Sequence record: PP712906.1
DNA: 64,000 bases
Reading direction: 5' to 3' (one strand)
Shown: one piece after another, positions 55,871 to 64,000 of the stretch
Layout of the letters: the number at the start of each line of letters is the position of its first letter
How positions within the stretch are numbered: the first letter of the stretch is position 1
The notes under the pieces: model-generated
What the model saw: the letters and a program-made list of their open reading frames with translations, nothing else
Told to the model about the DNA's origin: nothing
Database searches by the model: none
Made by a program: the position numbers and the translations under genes

Positions 55871-57364
55871 ATGCTAAATCTTAATCAAAATATCGCAATC
55901 GCAACTGACAGCTACAAAGTTTCACACTGGTCTCAATTCCCTCGTGGTCTAGAGTACAGCCAATATTACGTCGAAAGCCGGGGTGGTAAGTTCGACAAAA
56001 TTATGGTCGATGGTATGGCATACATGTGTCGTATTCTCGAAAAAGGTGTTTCGATGAACGATGTCAAGCGTGCGAAACGTCTGTTCAAAAAGCACTTCGG
56101 TTCTGAAGTCTTCAATGACAAGGGTTGGGACATCATCGTTAACGAACTGAAAGGCAAACTGCCTATTAAGATTCGTGCGGTCAAAGAAGGTACTGTAGTA
56201 CCAGTTAAACACCCTATCTTGACGATTGAGAACACTGATCCACGTTTTGGTTGGCTGCCTGGCTATCTTGAAACGTTCATCTTGCGTGCTCTTTGGTACC
56301 CGACGACTGTAGCAACGATCTCGTTCGAAGTGAAGAAAATCATTCGCCAATTCATGAAGAAAACGGTTGATGATGAACGCATTGCAGAACAAGAGCCATT
56401 CAAACTTCACGACTTTGGTTCTCGTGGTGTATCAAGTGGCGAATCTGCGGCTATCGGCGGCTCTGCTCACTTGAAAAACTTCTTGGGTACTGACACTGTA
56501 GAAGCACTTGTTGCAGTTGAAGAACTTTACGCTGAAGATGTTGAAGACTTCATTGCAGGATTCTCAATCCCTGCACGTGAACACTCAACAACTACAATCT
56601 ACAAAGAAGCTGGTGAAGACCAAGCATTCTTGAACTCTATTGAGCAATGGGGTGCTGCATTATACGCTTGTGTAATGGACAGCTACGACTACGAAGCAGC
56701 AATGAATCGTGTCTCGACTGGTCGCTTCAAAGAGCTAATCATCAGCAAAGGCGGTACGTTTGTTGCTCGTCCTGACTCTGGTGTGCCTGTAGATGTAGTA
56801 ATGAAAGGTCTTGAGATTCTTGGTAAAAACGTTGGTTATACAATCAACAGCAAGGGTTACAAAGTATTGCACCCTAGCTACCGTATCATTCAAGGTGACG
56901 GCGTGAACATCGAAGAAATTCGTCGAATCTTGTCTTACATGGAAAGTAAAGGCTGGTCGGCAGAAAATATTGCATTCGGTATGGGTGGCGGGTTGCTTCA
57001 ACAACTTGACCGTGATACTCAACGCTTTGCAATGAAAATGTCAGCGGCAATCATCAACGGCGAATACGTTAGCGTGTTCAAAATGCCGAAGACTGATCCG
57101 ACAAAAGCATCAAAAGCAGGTTTCTTGGATTTGATTGCAGTTGATGCAGACAATCCGAACCCAGCGGCTCGTGGTTACGTGACGTTCTCTTCTGAAGATT
57201 ACGACAATCGCGTACACCCGAAAAGCGTGATGCAGACAATCTTCGAAGACGGTGTAACAGTTGCCGACTTCTCACTAGAAGAAGCGCGTAAACTGTCTGA
57301 CGTACAAGCTGACTTCCTGAACGAAGGTGAATGGAAAATCGCGAAAAAGATTCAAACTGCGTAA
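55871..57364 (+). CDS. nadV: nicotinamide phosphoribosyltransferase
   Basis: TDSYKVSH, LHDFGSRG, FLGTDT, PAREHS, DSYD, RPDSG, IIQGDG, FGMGGGLLQ and RDT..FAMK. Confidence 0.96.
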   Translation: MLNLNQNIAIATDSYKVSHWSQFPRGLEYSQYYVESRGGKFDKIMVDGMAYMCRILEKGVSMNDVKRAKRLFKKHFGSEVFNDKGWDIIVNELKGKLPIKIRAVKEGTVVPVKHPILTIENTDPRFGWLPGYLETFILRALWYPTTVATISFEVKKIIRQFMKKTVDDERIAEQEPFKLHDFGSRGVSSGESAAIGGSAHLKNFLGTDTVEALVAVEELYAEDVEDFIAGFSIPAREHSTTTIYKEAGEDQAFLNSIEQWGAALYACVMDSYDYEAAMNRVSTGRFKELIISKGGTFVARPDSGVPVDVVMKGLEILGKNVGYTINSKGYKVLHPSYRIIQGDGVNIEEIRRILSYMESKGWSAENIAFGMGGGLLQQLDRDTQRFAMKMSAAIINGEYVSVFKMPKTDPTKASKAGFLDLIAVDADNPNPAARGYVTFSSEDYDNRVHPKSVMQTIFEDGVTVADFSLEEARKLSDVQADFLNEGEWKIAKKIQTA

Positions 57365-57398
57365 AATGTGACATTGATCACTAAAAATCGTAAATTTA

Positions 57399-57471
57399 GG
57401 GTTGCTTCGGCAGCCCTTTTTTCGTATTATAGCTACATCGAAACGAGATACGAAAACAAAGAGAGAACATT
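57399..57471 (+). promoter_or_regulatory. terminator/early-promoter cassette
   Basis: GGGTTGC-TTCG-GCAGCCC-TTTTTT; TATTAT at 57425; ATCGAAACGAGATACG. Confidence 0.88.
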
Positions 57472-57798
57472 ATGCAACTAACTACTAACATGACTAAAGC
57501 GCAAAAAACTAAAGTTGTTGAAGGTTTCAACTTCGAGCGTGAAACAGGTCAAGGTCAATATAAGTTCCGTAACGGTTCTTATGCTATGGAAGGATCAGAT
57601 GTTGCACGTCGATTCAATCTAATCTCTACTATCGTGACTGGTAAGCCAGCGATTATTCCTGAAGCGACAGTTGCTGATTTTGACCGCATTGTTCTTATGC
57701 AAGCAATGACTGATCAGTTCTTAACAATGAGTTCTGGTAAAGCTTCTCTTGAAGAATCTAACGAATTTGGTAAAAAAGTGCTTGCACACTTCGCTTAA
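57472..57798 (+). CDS. hypothetical early protein
   Basis: ORF behind the cassette. Confidence 0.75.
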   Translation: MQLTTNMTKAQKTKVVEGFNFERETGQGQYKFRNGSYAMEGSDVARRFNLISTIVTGKPAIIPEATVADFDRIVLMQAMTDQFLTMSSGKASLEESNEFGKKVLAHFA

Positions 57799-57839
57799 TT
57801 CAATTAGAATACTTACATCAACTGAGAAGAGAGAACATT

Positions 57840-58082
57840 ATGAAAGCAACTATCCCACAACTTAAAAAGAAAATCAATTCACTTGCTGACAAATACGGTT
57901 ACGCTTTTGACAAAAACGCACCGTACTACGTAAATGACGGTCGCATCAAAGCAATCGAAGCTGCAATCATTACTGTCAAAGAAGACGGTGAAGCGAATCC
58001 TACTCGTCGTTATGAGATCAGCGAAAAGCAGCTTGTGTCACTGAACAACTGGGTTCGTGATTTGAAACACAAATATCTGTGA
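57840..58082 (+). CDS. hypothetical protein
   Basis: GAGAGAACATTATG start. Confidence 0.75.
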   Translation: MKATIPQLKKKINSLADKYGYAFDKNAPYYVNDGRIKAIEAAIITVKEDGEANPTRRYEISEKQLVSLNNWVRDLKHKYL

Positions 58083-58088
58083 GGTAGT

Positions 58089-58328
58089 ATGTACGCAATA
58101 CAAGCAACTAGTCATTTCGTTCAATTCGTTCTAAAGAGCGTGAGCGTAAATGGCTTCCCGAAATACGTGCCAATGTATACGTTTAATTTGGGAATCATAA
58201 CAACATTCGCAACTCTTGAAGAATGTCAAAAGTTCATCGACGAGTACGATCCCAACCCCGACGCATGTCTGCCATGGCGTGCATATAAACTACACGATCT
58301 TGAAATCGCTCAACTGGAGACAAAATAA
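58089..58328 (+). CDS. hypothetical protein
   Basis: GAGGT RBS. Confidence 0.7.
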   Translation: MYAIQATSHFVQFVLKSVSVNGFPKYVPMYTFNLGIITTFATLEECQKFIDEYDPNPDACLPWRAYKLHDLEIAQLETK

Positions 58329-59596
58329 TGGGTTCATTTAACACTACTTGCGCAATCACTCGTACACCAATTCAAGAAGGCGGTCTTGCGCGTGTCTTTT
58401 TCTTAGAAATGGACGCATTTGCAACAAACTATTACGGTCGTCAAGGTCTGTTTAAGAACATCATGATGGGATGTGGTTGCTACCCATGGGATAATTTCAA
58501 GATCATCGGTTACCCGCTGCTCGGCAAATATGCAGATTACAACAATTACGAGTTTGAAGATGCAGATATGGCTAATATGACGCTGGCTGCAATCAACAAA
58601 CGATACGTACCAAATCGAGTAGCTGAAGGTAAGACGCTTGAAGATTACAATGAATATCATGATTACATGGAAATCGACGAGATTTCAGACATGAGTCAGC
58701 TTCAAGATATGGAACACAGTGGTTCGCTTCGAGTTAAAGGTGCGCATGGTAATGTAACTGCGGTTGTTAAAATGGCAATGCATGAAGAAGTGTACCAAAT
58801 GATGCTTGAAGGTAACGTGACTGAGGGTTGGGGTGATGATGCGAAGACGTATTCATTTGCCGACGACTTGAAACGTCTCACAGACAAGTACAGTGGTTCA
58901 GTATCTGGTTTTGATGCATTAACCGAGAAACAACAGAAGCGAATGATTGACATGCGTGATGAGCTTTACGCTAAGGCTGACGCAGGCGAAATCAATGAAC
59001 GCACTGGCGAACCATATACTCGTGAAGAGGCTGATAAGAGCTTCAACCAAATGGTTGAGTGGCTTGCTGAAGATCGTTTTGAGCTTGGTGACGAACGCGC
59101 TGAATGGTTTGCACATTCATCCCATTACCGAGATATGGCAGATCTTAAAGACAATCAAGAACTAGTTCACAAACTAGCTGAAGCAGTCGTGGGTGCAAAA
59201 TGGTGTGCTCGTTGGATGATGTGTAATAACTATGAATTCGCGCCAGTGATGACATGCGGTCAAGATTACGATACTGCTTCTCATGCGTCGCGACTTCGTA
59301 AGCTTGCTGACATCATCGAGTCGAAGAAAAACAAATATCACTACGAAGAGCACGTTGAACTTGATGTAGTTCGTTCTGAGCGCGTTGAACTATCTCTAAG
59401 TAATCTAAAAGAGCGTTTTGCTGATTGGTACGATGAAGATGAACAAGAATATCAAGATCTACTGTCAGCGATTGAAAGTGTAAAAGAACAATCAAGCTTT
59501 GTTTACGGTGATGGTTCTATTTTCGATAAATTCGTTGAAGAATACGACGTTCTACGTGATGTTGAAGAAAATACACAAATTCATTTCAAAAAGTAG
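58328..59596 (+). CDS. acidic hypothetical protein (422 aa)
   Basis: MGSFNTTCAITRTPI N-terminus; TAATG-coupled. Confidence 0.8.
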   Translation: MGSFNTTCAITRTPIQEGGLARVFFLEMDAFATNYYGRQGLFKNIMMGCGCYPWDNFKIIGYPLLGKYADYNNYEFEDADMANMTLAAINKRYVPNRVAEGKTLEDYNEYHDYMEIDEISDMSQLQDMEHSGSLRVKGAHGNVTAVVKMAMHEEVYQMMLEGNVTEGWGDDAKTYSFADDLKRLTDKYSGSVSGFDALTEKQQKRMIDMRDELYAKADAGEINERTGEPYTREEADKSFNQMVEWLAEDRFELGDERAEWFAHSSHYRDMADLKDNQELVHKLAEAVVGAKWCARWMMCNNYEFAPVMTCGQDYDTASHASRLRKLADIIESKKNKYHYEEHVELDVVRSERVELSLSNLKERFADWYDEDEQEYQDLLSAIESVKEQSSFVYGDGSIFDKFVEEYDVLRDVEENTQIHFKK

Positions 59597-59642
59597 TTGA
59601 CAAGGTGCGTGAGTGGCTGTAATATGTCACTCAACGCCTAAC
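59597..59642 (+). promoter_or_regulatory. early promoter with the -10 box inside an inverted repeat (copy B)
   Basis: TTGACA - 17 - TAATAT; 34 nt identical to 10043-10076. Confidence 0.8.
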
Positions 59643-59656
59643 GAGAGAACAATATT

Positions 59657-59917
59657 ATGAAAGATGAAATTACGCTACACATTAAGAATCATTGGTTGCA
59701 CCGTCGCGCATATTTCGTACTTTACAATAAGCCGATGAAATTCAGAAAGAAAGCATTGGCTGAGTGGGAAGAAAAACGTAGTGAATTTTGGTACGTAGTT
59801 CAACGACTCAATCCTGAGTTTTTCGAGCAATGTCCTGACGGTATGCAACCGTATTTGACTTGCGCACCAGTGGCTCGCAATTGCACACAACACTTCTACA
59901 TCAAATTTGACAAATAA
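59657..59917 (+). CDS. hypothetical protein
   Basis: ORF behind the promoter. Confidence 0.7.
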   Translation: MKDEITLHIKNHWLHRRAYFVLYNKPMKFRKKALAEWEEKRSEFWYVVQRLNPEFFEQCPDGMQPYLTCAPVARNCTQHFYIKFDK

Positions 59918-59928
59918 GAGAGAACATC

Positions 59929-60648
59929 ATGAAAAAATTAATCGCAATCGTAGCACTAGCAGCATCAGTAGCAATGACTGGTTGTACTGACACCATCGAC
60001 AATTCAGCAACTGATCAGCTAAAAGCAGCTATGCCAGTTCTTTCTCAAACTGAAAAAGATATGCTGAATGTATTCGCTGCTCCGAACTTCTTGAGCCGTT
60101 ACGACAACATGTATGCAGAAGTGGTCAAAAATCGCGTACACTTCGGTCAGAAGCCGATTCCACGAGCAGATACAGAAGTGCCTTTCTGTGATGTAATCGA
60201 CGCTGTAATCGCAGCAGAGCGAGAAAACAATCTAACAGAACGTGATTACTCACTGAGCAATCAATGGAAGCTGAAATACGGCATCACACTTCTTGAGCAA
60301 TGTAATCAATCAGACCGTGCTCGTATTGAAATGCAGGTCGCGAAAGCAAAAGCCGATGCCGAAGCAGCTAAAGATCGCGTAGTCATCGAAGAGCAAGAAT
60401 TCAGCAAGAAAGAAATCAAAGCTGAGAAAATCATCGAAGACACAGTTGTAATCAAAGATGATGTTCTACTATCACCTGAACTTGTTCGCGAACTACGTGG
60501 TTCAGTTAAAGACTGTAATCGAGCTAAAGTCAAGCTAATGAGTGTAGTCGATGCTGGTGAGCAACTAACTACAAAGCACTATGACGAGGTGAAAGGTCTA
60601 GTTCTACAGTGTGAAATGTTGAAACTAGAAGTTGAACTCAACAAATAA
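59929..60648 (+). CDS. lipoprotein, paralog of 47389-48084
   Basis: Lipobox MTGC; shared Cys pattern. Confidence 0.8.
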   Translation: MKKLIAIVALAASVAMTGCTDTIDNSATDQLKAAMPVLSQTEKDMLNVFAAPNFLSRYDNMYAEVVKNRVHFGQKPIPRADTEVPFCDVIDAVIAAERENNLTERDYSLSNQWKLKYGITLLEQCNQSDRARIEMQVAKAKADAEAAKDRVVIEEQEFSKKEIKAEKIIEDTVVIKDDVLLSPELVRELRGSVKDCNRAKVKLMSVVDAGEQLTTKHYDEVKGLVLQCEMLKLEVELNK

Positions 60649-60662
60649 CAGGTCTTGAAAAG

Positions 60663-60688
60663 AAAAAGCCCCTTAATTGGGGCTTTTT
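60663..60688. terminator. bidirectional intrinsic terminator (repeated sequence)
   Basis: AAAAAGCCCCTTAATTGGGGCTTTTT between convergent operons. Confidence 0.9.
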
Positions 60689-60692
60689 CTTT

Positions 60693-61745
60693 TCAATTTA
60701 CCATTTTGATTTGAATTTGATTGTCCATGTAAGCCATTTTCTTTTCAAATTCAACATCATATTCTGGTCGATGTTCGTATTCGACTGAAAGCATTTGCTT
60801 CAGACAACGGTACAATTCCGACTTGTAATACCCTTCTTTCATTCCCTTCATCTGTTCATATTGCTTTTTCATAGCAGCTTTGATTATCTTCGGGTCCATG
60901 AATTTGATTGACATTTCTCGCGGTGCTTTTACTGTGCCAAAGTCAACAAACACCTGAGCCTTTTCAGCTACTTGAATGAAGTCATAAATCGTGTCATAAC
61001 TCATTCGACTTAGCGTGTGGTGCATACAAACATGTTTGCTATGTTCTTTTAGCAACGGTACATTTGCAAGCATCAAGTCGTGGTCGATGTTCTGACGAAT
61101 GTATTCGTTGCGCTCTTTTCCGCCGTCACATGAAATTGTAAACACTAGACGATGTTTGTACTTTTTACATATGGCTAGAATCTTCTTCGCAAGTGGCGTA
61201 TGCAACACAGTACCATTTGTCAGAATGTAAACTTCCGCATTTGTTTCTTCCATGACTTCAGTCAGAACTTCGACTGTTCTCTTGTCCATGAACGGTTCGC
61301 CGCCGTATAGCACAACAGTTTCAACACCCTTCGGGATACTGAAATCGAGTTGTGTGTAATCGTAGTGGTCGTCAATGTCATACAAGTCCATGTATGTTTT
61401 GCTATTCTTGCCATAGCACATTCGACACGCTAGGTTACATTTGTTTGACATCAATATTTGAATTGTTCTAGGATGCTCTTCGAGTGCTTCATATTCGAAG
61501 TACTTCTGATCAGACAATTCGCCATAACTCATGCATTCTTTGCAGTATTCTGGTAAAGTGTCATACTCAAACATTTTGGCACGATGTTCATTGATTATGT
61601 CACTGTGCCACCAGTCTTCAACGTTCGGGAATGGTTCACTTAGCTGAGAACAGCAAATGTGATACCCATCCGGTTTTGCGTCACGTGTATTAAAGGGAGA
61701 GCCACAAAGTGGTCTCTTCCCGTCTTTAAATCCGAATTTATCCAT
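60693..61745 (-). CDS. radical SAM enzyme with N-terminal SPASM/twitch-like domain
   Basis: C.SPF...ICC...WWHS..RAKM...PEYCKEC; SNKCNLACRMC; YGGEPF; LTNGT; SCDG. Confidence 0.92.
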   Translation of the reverse strand: MDKFGFKDGKRPLCGSPFNTRDAKPDGYHICCSQLSEPFPNVEDWWHSDIINEHRAKMFEYDTLPEYCKECMSYGELSDQKYFEYEALEEHPRTIQILMSNKCNLACRMCYGKNSKTYMDLYDIDDHYDYTQLDFSIPKGVETVVLYGGEPFMDKRTVEVLTEVMEETNAEVYILTNGTVLHTPLAKKILAICKKYKHRLVFTISCDGGKERNEYIRQNIDHDLMLANVPLLKEHSKHVCMHHTLSRMSYDTIYDFIQVAEKAQVFVDFGTVKAPREMSIKFMDPKIIKAAMKKQYEQMKGMKEGYYKSELYRCLKQMLSVEYEHRPEYDVEFEKKMAYMDNQIQIKMVN

Positions 61746-62017
61746 TAATCTAGCTCATCAAGAAGTGATTGAAATTCTTCGTCGCGTTCAGCGTCGATTG
61801 TACCAGTCATCAACTCTGTTAGAGTCTTCAACGACTTGATCTCTGGTGGTTGAGGGCGTAGATCTTCGAGAATGTGAATGATTGACTCGACCGGGAGATC
61901 GTGATTTACAATCTCGTCTGGCAGGTGGTGTTTGTAAACGCAGTCGTCGCCCCAATCAATAACTACTGCATGTTCCCATTTGTCGATTTCTAGTATTTTA
62001 AAATTTGGTTTCATCAT
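61745..62017 (-). CDS. small acidic hypothetical protein
   Basis: ATGA/TAATG-coupled between the GT and the radical SAM gene. Confidence 0.75.
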   Translation of the reverse strand: MMKPNFKILEIDKWEHAVVIDWGDDCVYKHHLPDEIVNHDLPVESIIHILEDLRPQPPEIKSLKTLTELMTGTIDAERDEEFQSLLDELD

Positions 62018-63015
62018 AAGCCCCAGAGTTCTTTCCAATGTGTTTTAGCATCTTGTCGATACTTCTCAATGTCAAATTTTTGATATTTCTGTTCGATTGC
62101 ATCATCAATGACGCGGATCAACGTATCATTGTTTATATCAGCACGAATCACTGGGAAAATAAAATCCCTTGTGTAAGGTGCGTCATGCTGAACAATACAA
62201 GGTATGTACTGACATGCTTCTAATAACGCATATGGCATAATCTCGATTCTAGACATATGAAGCAAAACTTTACTTTTCATCATATGTGCTATGACTCGCT
62301 CACGCCGCTGACAAGTTTCGACTATACAATCAACACCATTCGGGATTCTTATTGGTTCGGTTGTGAATAGACGAATTTTAAGACCGCTGTATGCAAGCGC
62401 GTTTAGCATTTCGGGTATCTGCTTACGTTTGTATGCACCTGACACGATAATCACGTCAGACGCTTCAGCAGCGTCAATATCAGCTTGTGATATAGACGGA
62501 AGCTCAAATGGTTCAAATGCAGTCACATGTTTGCCACCAATTACTTCTCGACCCCATTGTGCAATCCCGTTCGATTGAGCAATGTTAGTGACTAATGACG
62601 TTGACATCATGTGTCGCCATTGAGGTAAGTTGTAAATTTGATGAATGTCCATGTATTCGCGATATGAATCTGGTACTATCAAGTCACCGAAATGATGTTG
62701 GTTGTAACAACGGCGCTTCGCTTCGATACATGCGCGGAGTGCTTCATATGAATGCGTGTAGATAATCGCTTCGCTATCAATCGCGTTGATAACCATTGCG
62801 TTTGCCTTGTAGTCTTTATAAGACCGTTTCGTTAAAATGAAGTCACACCCGAAATCCCATTTGCTCACGTGTGGACACGATTCGTCTCCGAGTACAATAA
62901 CTTTGACATCACAGTTTAGTGATTGCATTAAACGAACGTGATCTTGAATGAATGTGTAAATACCGCCGCCAATTCCCAACATAAAGTCAGTTACTACGTA
63001 GCGAACTTTTTTCAT
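62014..63015 (-). CDS. GT-B glycosyltransferase (GT4-like)
   Basis: N-terminal GGGIYTF; C-terminal S..EIMPYALLEA (Ex7E) motif. Confidence 0.8.
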   Translation of the reverse strand: MKKVRYVVTDFMLGIGGGIYTFIQDHVRLMQSLNCDVKVIVLGDESCPHVSKWDFGCDFILTKRSYKDYKANAMVINAIDSEAIIYTHSYEALRACIEAKRRCYNQHHFGDLIVPDSYREYMDIHQIYNLPQWRHMMSTSLVTNIAQSNGIAQWGREVIGGKHVTAFEPFELPSISQADIDAAEASDVIIVSGAYKRKQIPEMLNALAYSGLKIRLFTTEPIRIPNGVDCIVETCQRRERVIAHMMKSKVLLHMSRIEIMPYALLEACQYIPCIVQHDAPYTRDFIFPVIRADINNDTLIRVIDDAIEQKYQKFDIEKYRQDAKTHWKELWGL

Positions 63016-63084
63016 AAAAAGTGTTGACTCCTACTGTGTTTGTCTGTAGACTAATTGTATCTCAAGCAGACTGGGAATTAAACA

Positions 63085-63291
63085 ATGCGACTATTATCTC
63101 AAGACCTAGTTCGCTTACGTGTAGAAGAGCTACCGTTCGTGAATTTAAGTGTTGAAACGCAGATCAAAATATGCGATTATCTCAACACGCTCGACGATGA
63201 GACTATTTACTCGCTTGAGAAGCATACTGAGACACCGCAAGGTGCAAGAAAACTATTAAACTTTTTATTAAAGAAGATTGGAGACACATAA
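63085..63291 (+). CDS. hypothetical protein
   Basis: Behind TTGACT (63024); divergent from the GT gene. Confidence 0.65.
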   Translation: MRLLSQDLVRLRVEELPFVNLSVETQIKICDYLNTLDDETIYSLEKHTETPQGARKLLNFLLKKIGDT

Positions 63292-63292
63292 T

Positions 63293-63769
63293 ATGGCATA
63301 TGAATCAGTTTTTAACGGTACAAACCGTTACAAAGTTCTACGTGAAGGTCGTGAATACATCAACAAAGTTGCACATCGTCATGGCGCAGTTGACAAAGGT
63401 ATTTACGTCACTATGGACTATCACGTGATTGATCGCATCATGGATCATTCGTTCCCTGCACGTGTATTTGAAATCATCGTTGGTCGATTGATCAAAAATC
63501 ACCAAGACGAGATTTTGAAAATCGCGAATATGCCAGCAGAAGAACGACCGAAGCACATCAATGTGTACGGCAACAAGCCAGATTCACCGTACATGGTTGG
63601 CATTACAATCAACAAAGCGCAAACAGGTAAAGTTTATGTGAACTTGAGAACGTGCTATAAAGAACGCAACAGCAAATACCGTCAACGCATCATCGAAGCA
63701 TACAAGATTCGTGTAAAATCTTCTTCAGAACTTGAAGGCGCAGAAAGTGAGGTTGATTCAGATCAATAA
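63293..63769 (+). CDS. hypothetical protein
   Basis: GGAG RBS; start MAYES. Confidence 0.7.
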   Translation: MAYESVFNGTNRYKVLREGREYINKVAHRHGAVDKGIYVTMDYHVIDRIMDHSFPARVFEIIVGRLIKNHQDEILKIANMPAEERPKHINVYGNKPDSPYMVGITINKAQTGKVYVNLRTCYKERNSKYRQRIIEAYKIRVKSSSELEGAESEVDSDQ

Positions 63770-63801
63770 ATAGAAAACAATTAACAAACGAGGGAATTTT
63801 G

Positions 63802-64000
63802 ATGCTTGTAGTGAAGTCTTCTGGCATTACAGAAGAATTTGAAGAAAGTAAATTGATGCGCGTACTTAGTGACGCATGTAAGAATACGACAATTGATCCA
63901 CATCAATTACTTGCCCGCGTGAAAGCTCAACTTAGCGACGGGATGACGAGCAAAGACATTCAAAAGGCAGCGATCAAAATCGCTGCCGATAGCATTTCAG
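63802..64000 (+). CDS. nrdA: aerobic ribonucleotide reductase alpha subunit, 5' part (ATP cone)
   Basis: MLVVKSSG..EEF...KLMRVLS.AC..T.IDP...DGMTSKDIQ..AIK.AADSIS matches the T4 NrdA N-terminus; runs off the window. Confidence 0.85.
   Translation, partial: MLVVKSSGITEEFEESKLMRVLSDACKNTTIDPHQLLARVKAQLSDGMTSKDIQKAAIKIAADSIS

Noticed and set aside
4107-57471. Repeated hairpin elements as a CRISPR array or transposon ends
   Set aside because: The copies are kilobases apart with genes between them. There are no uniform spacers, cas genes or transposase. Promoter/terminator content explains them.
63802-64000. Intron or intein in nrdA
   Set aside because: Only the first 66 codons are visible and they are uninterrupted.

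Overview
This is 64 kb of a large lytic T4-type myovirus genome, with dense and mostly plus-strand genes. Recognisable T4-type markers are rIIA, rIIB, dda, tk, denV, a gp30.2-like HAD and the 5' end of nrdA. The window also carries a dispersed NAD+ salvage set in the order natV/nadM-Nudix, nadR, pnuC, nadV. That content and order resemble the KVP40/nt-1-like Vibrio phages (inference, not a database match). Most of the window is an early accessory region of small hypothetical ORFs punctuated by a repeated terminator-plus-sigma70-promoter cassette. The strongest candidate for an undescribed system is a tightly coupled operon at 48.9-54.8 kb plus a convergent block at 60.7-63.0 kb. It begins with a late-promoter-like Thr/Ser fibre-like protein of symmetric design (13 tetrapeptides, a turn, 13 tetrapeptides). 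This is followed by KpsC/KpsS-like, GT-A-like and GT4 glycosyltransferases, a QueC-like PP-loop ATPase, a second and divergent Nampt-like phosphoribosyltransferase, and three SPASM/twitch radical SAM enzymes. My working hypothesis is a phage-encoded pathway that chemically decorates a virion fibre or builds a modified nucleotide or sugar. Other notable items are a KcsA-type K+ channel, a candidate replication origin marked by a GC-skew flip (about 16.8-17.2 kb), candidate capsid-packaged proteins, a structured RNA and an SD hairpin shared by natV and nadV. All family calls come from motif recognition by eye. No searches were run.
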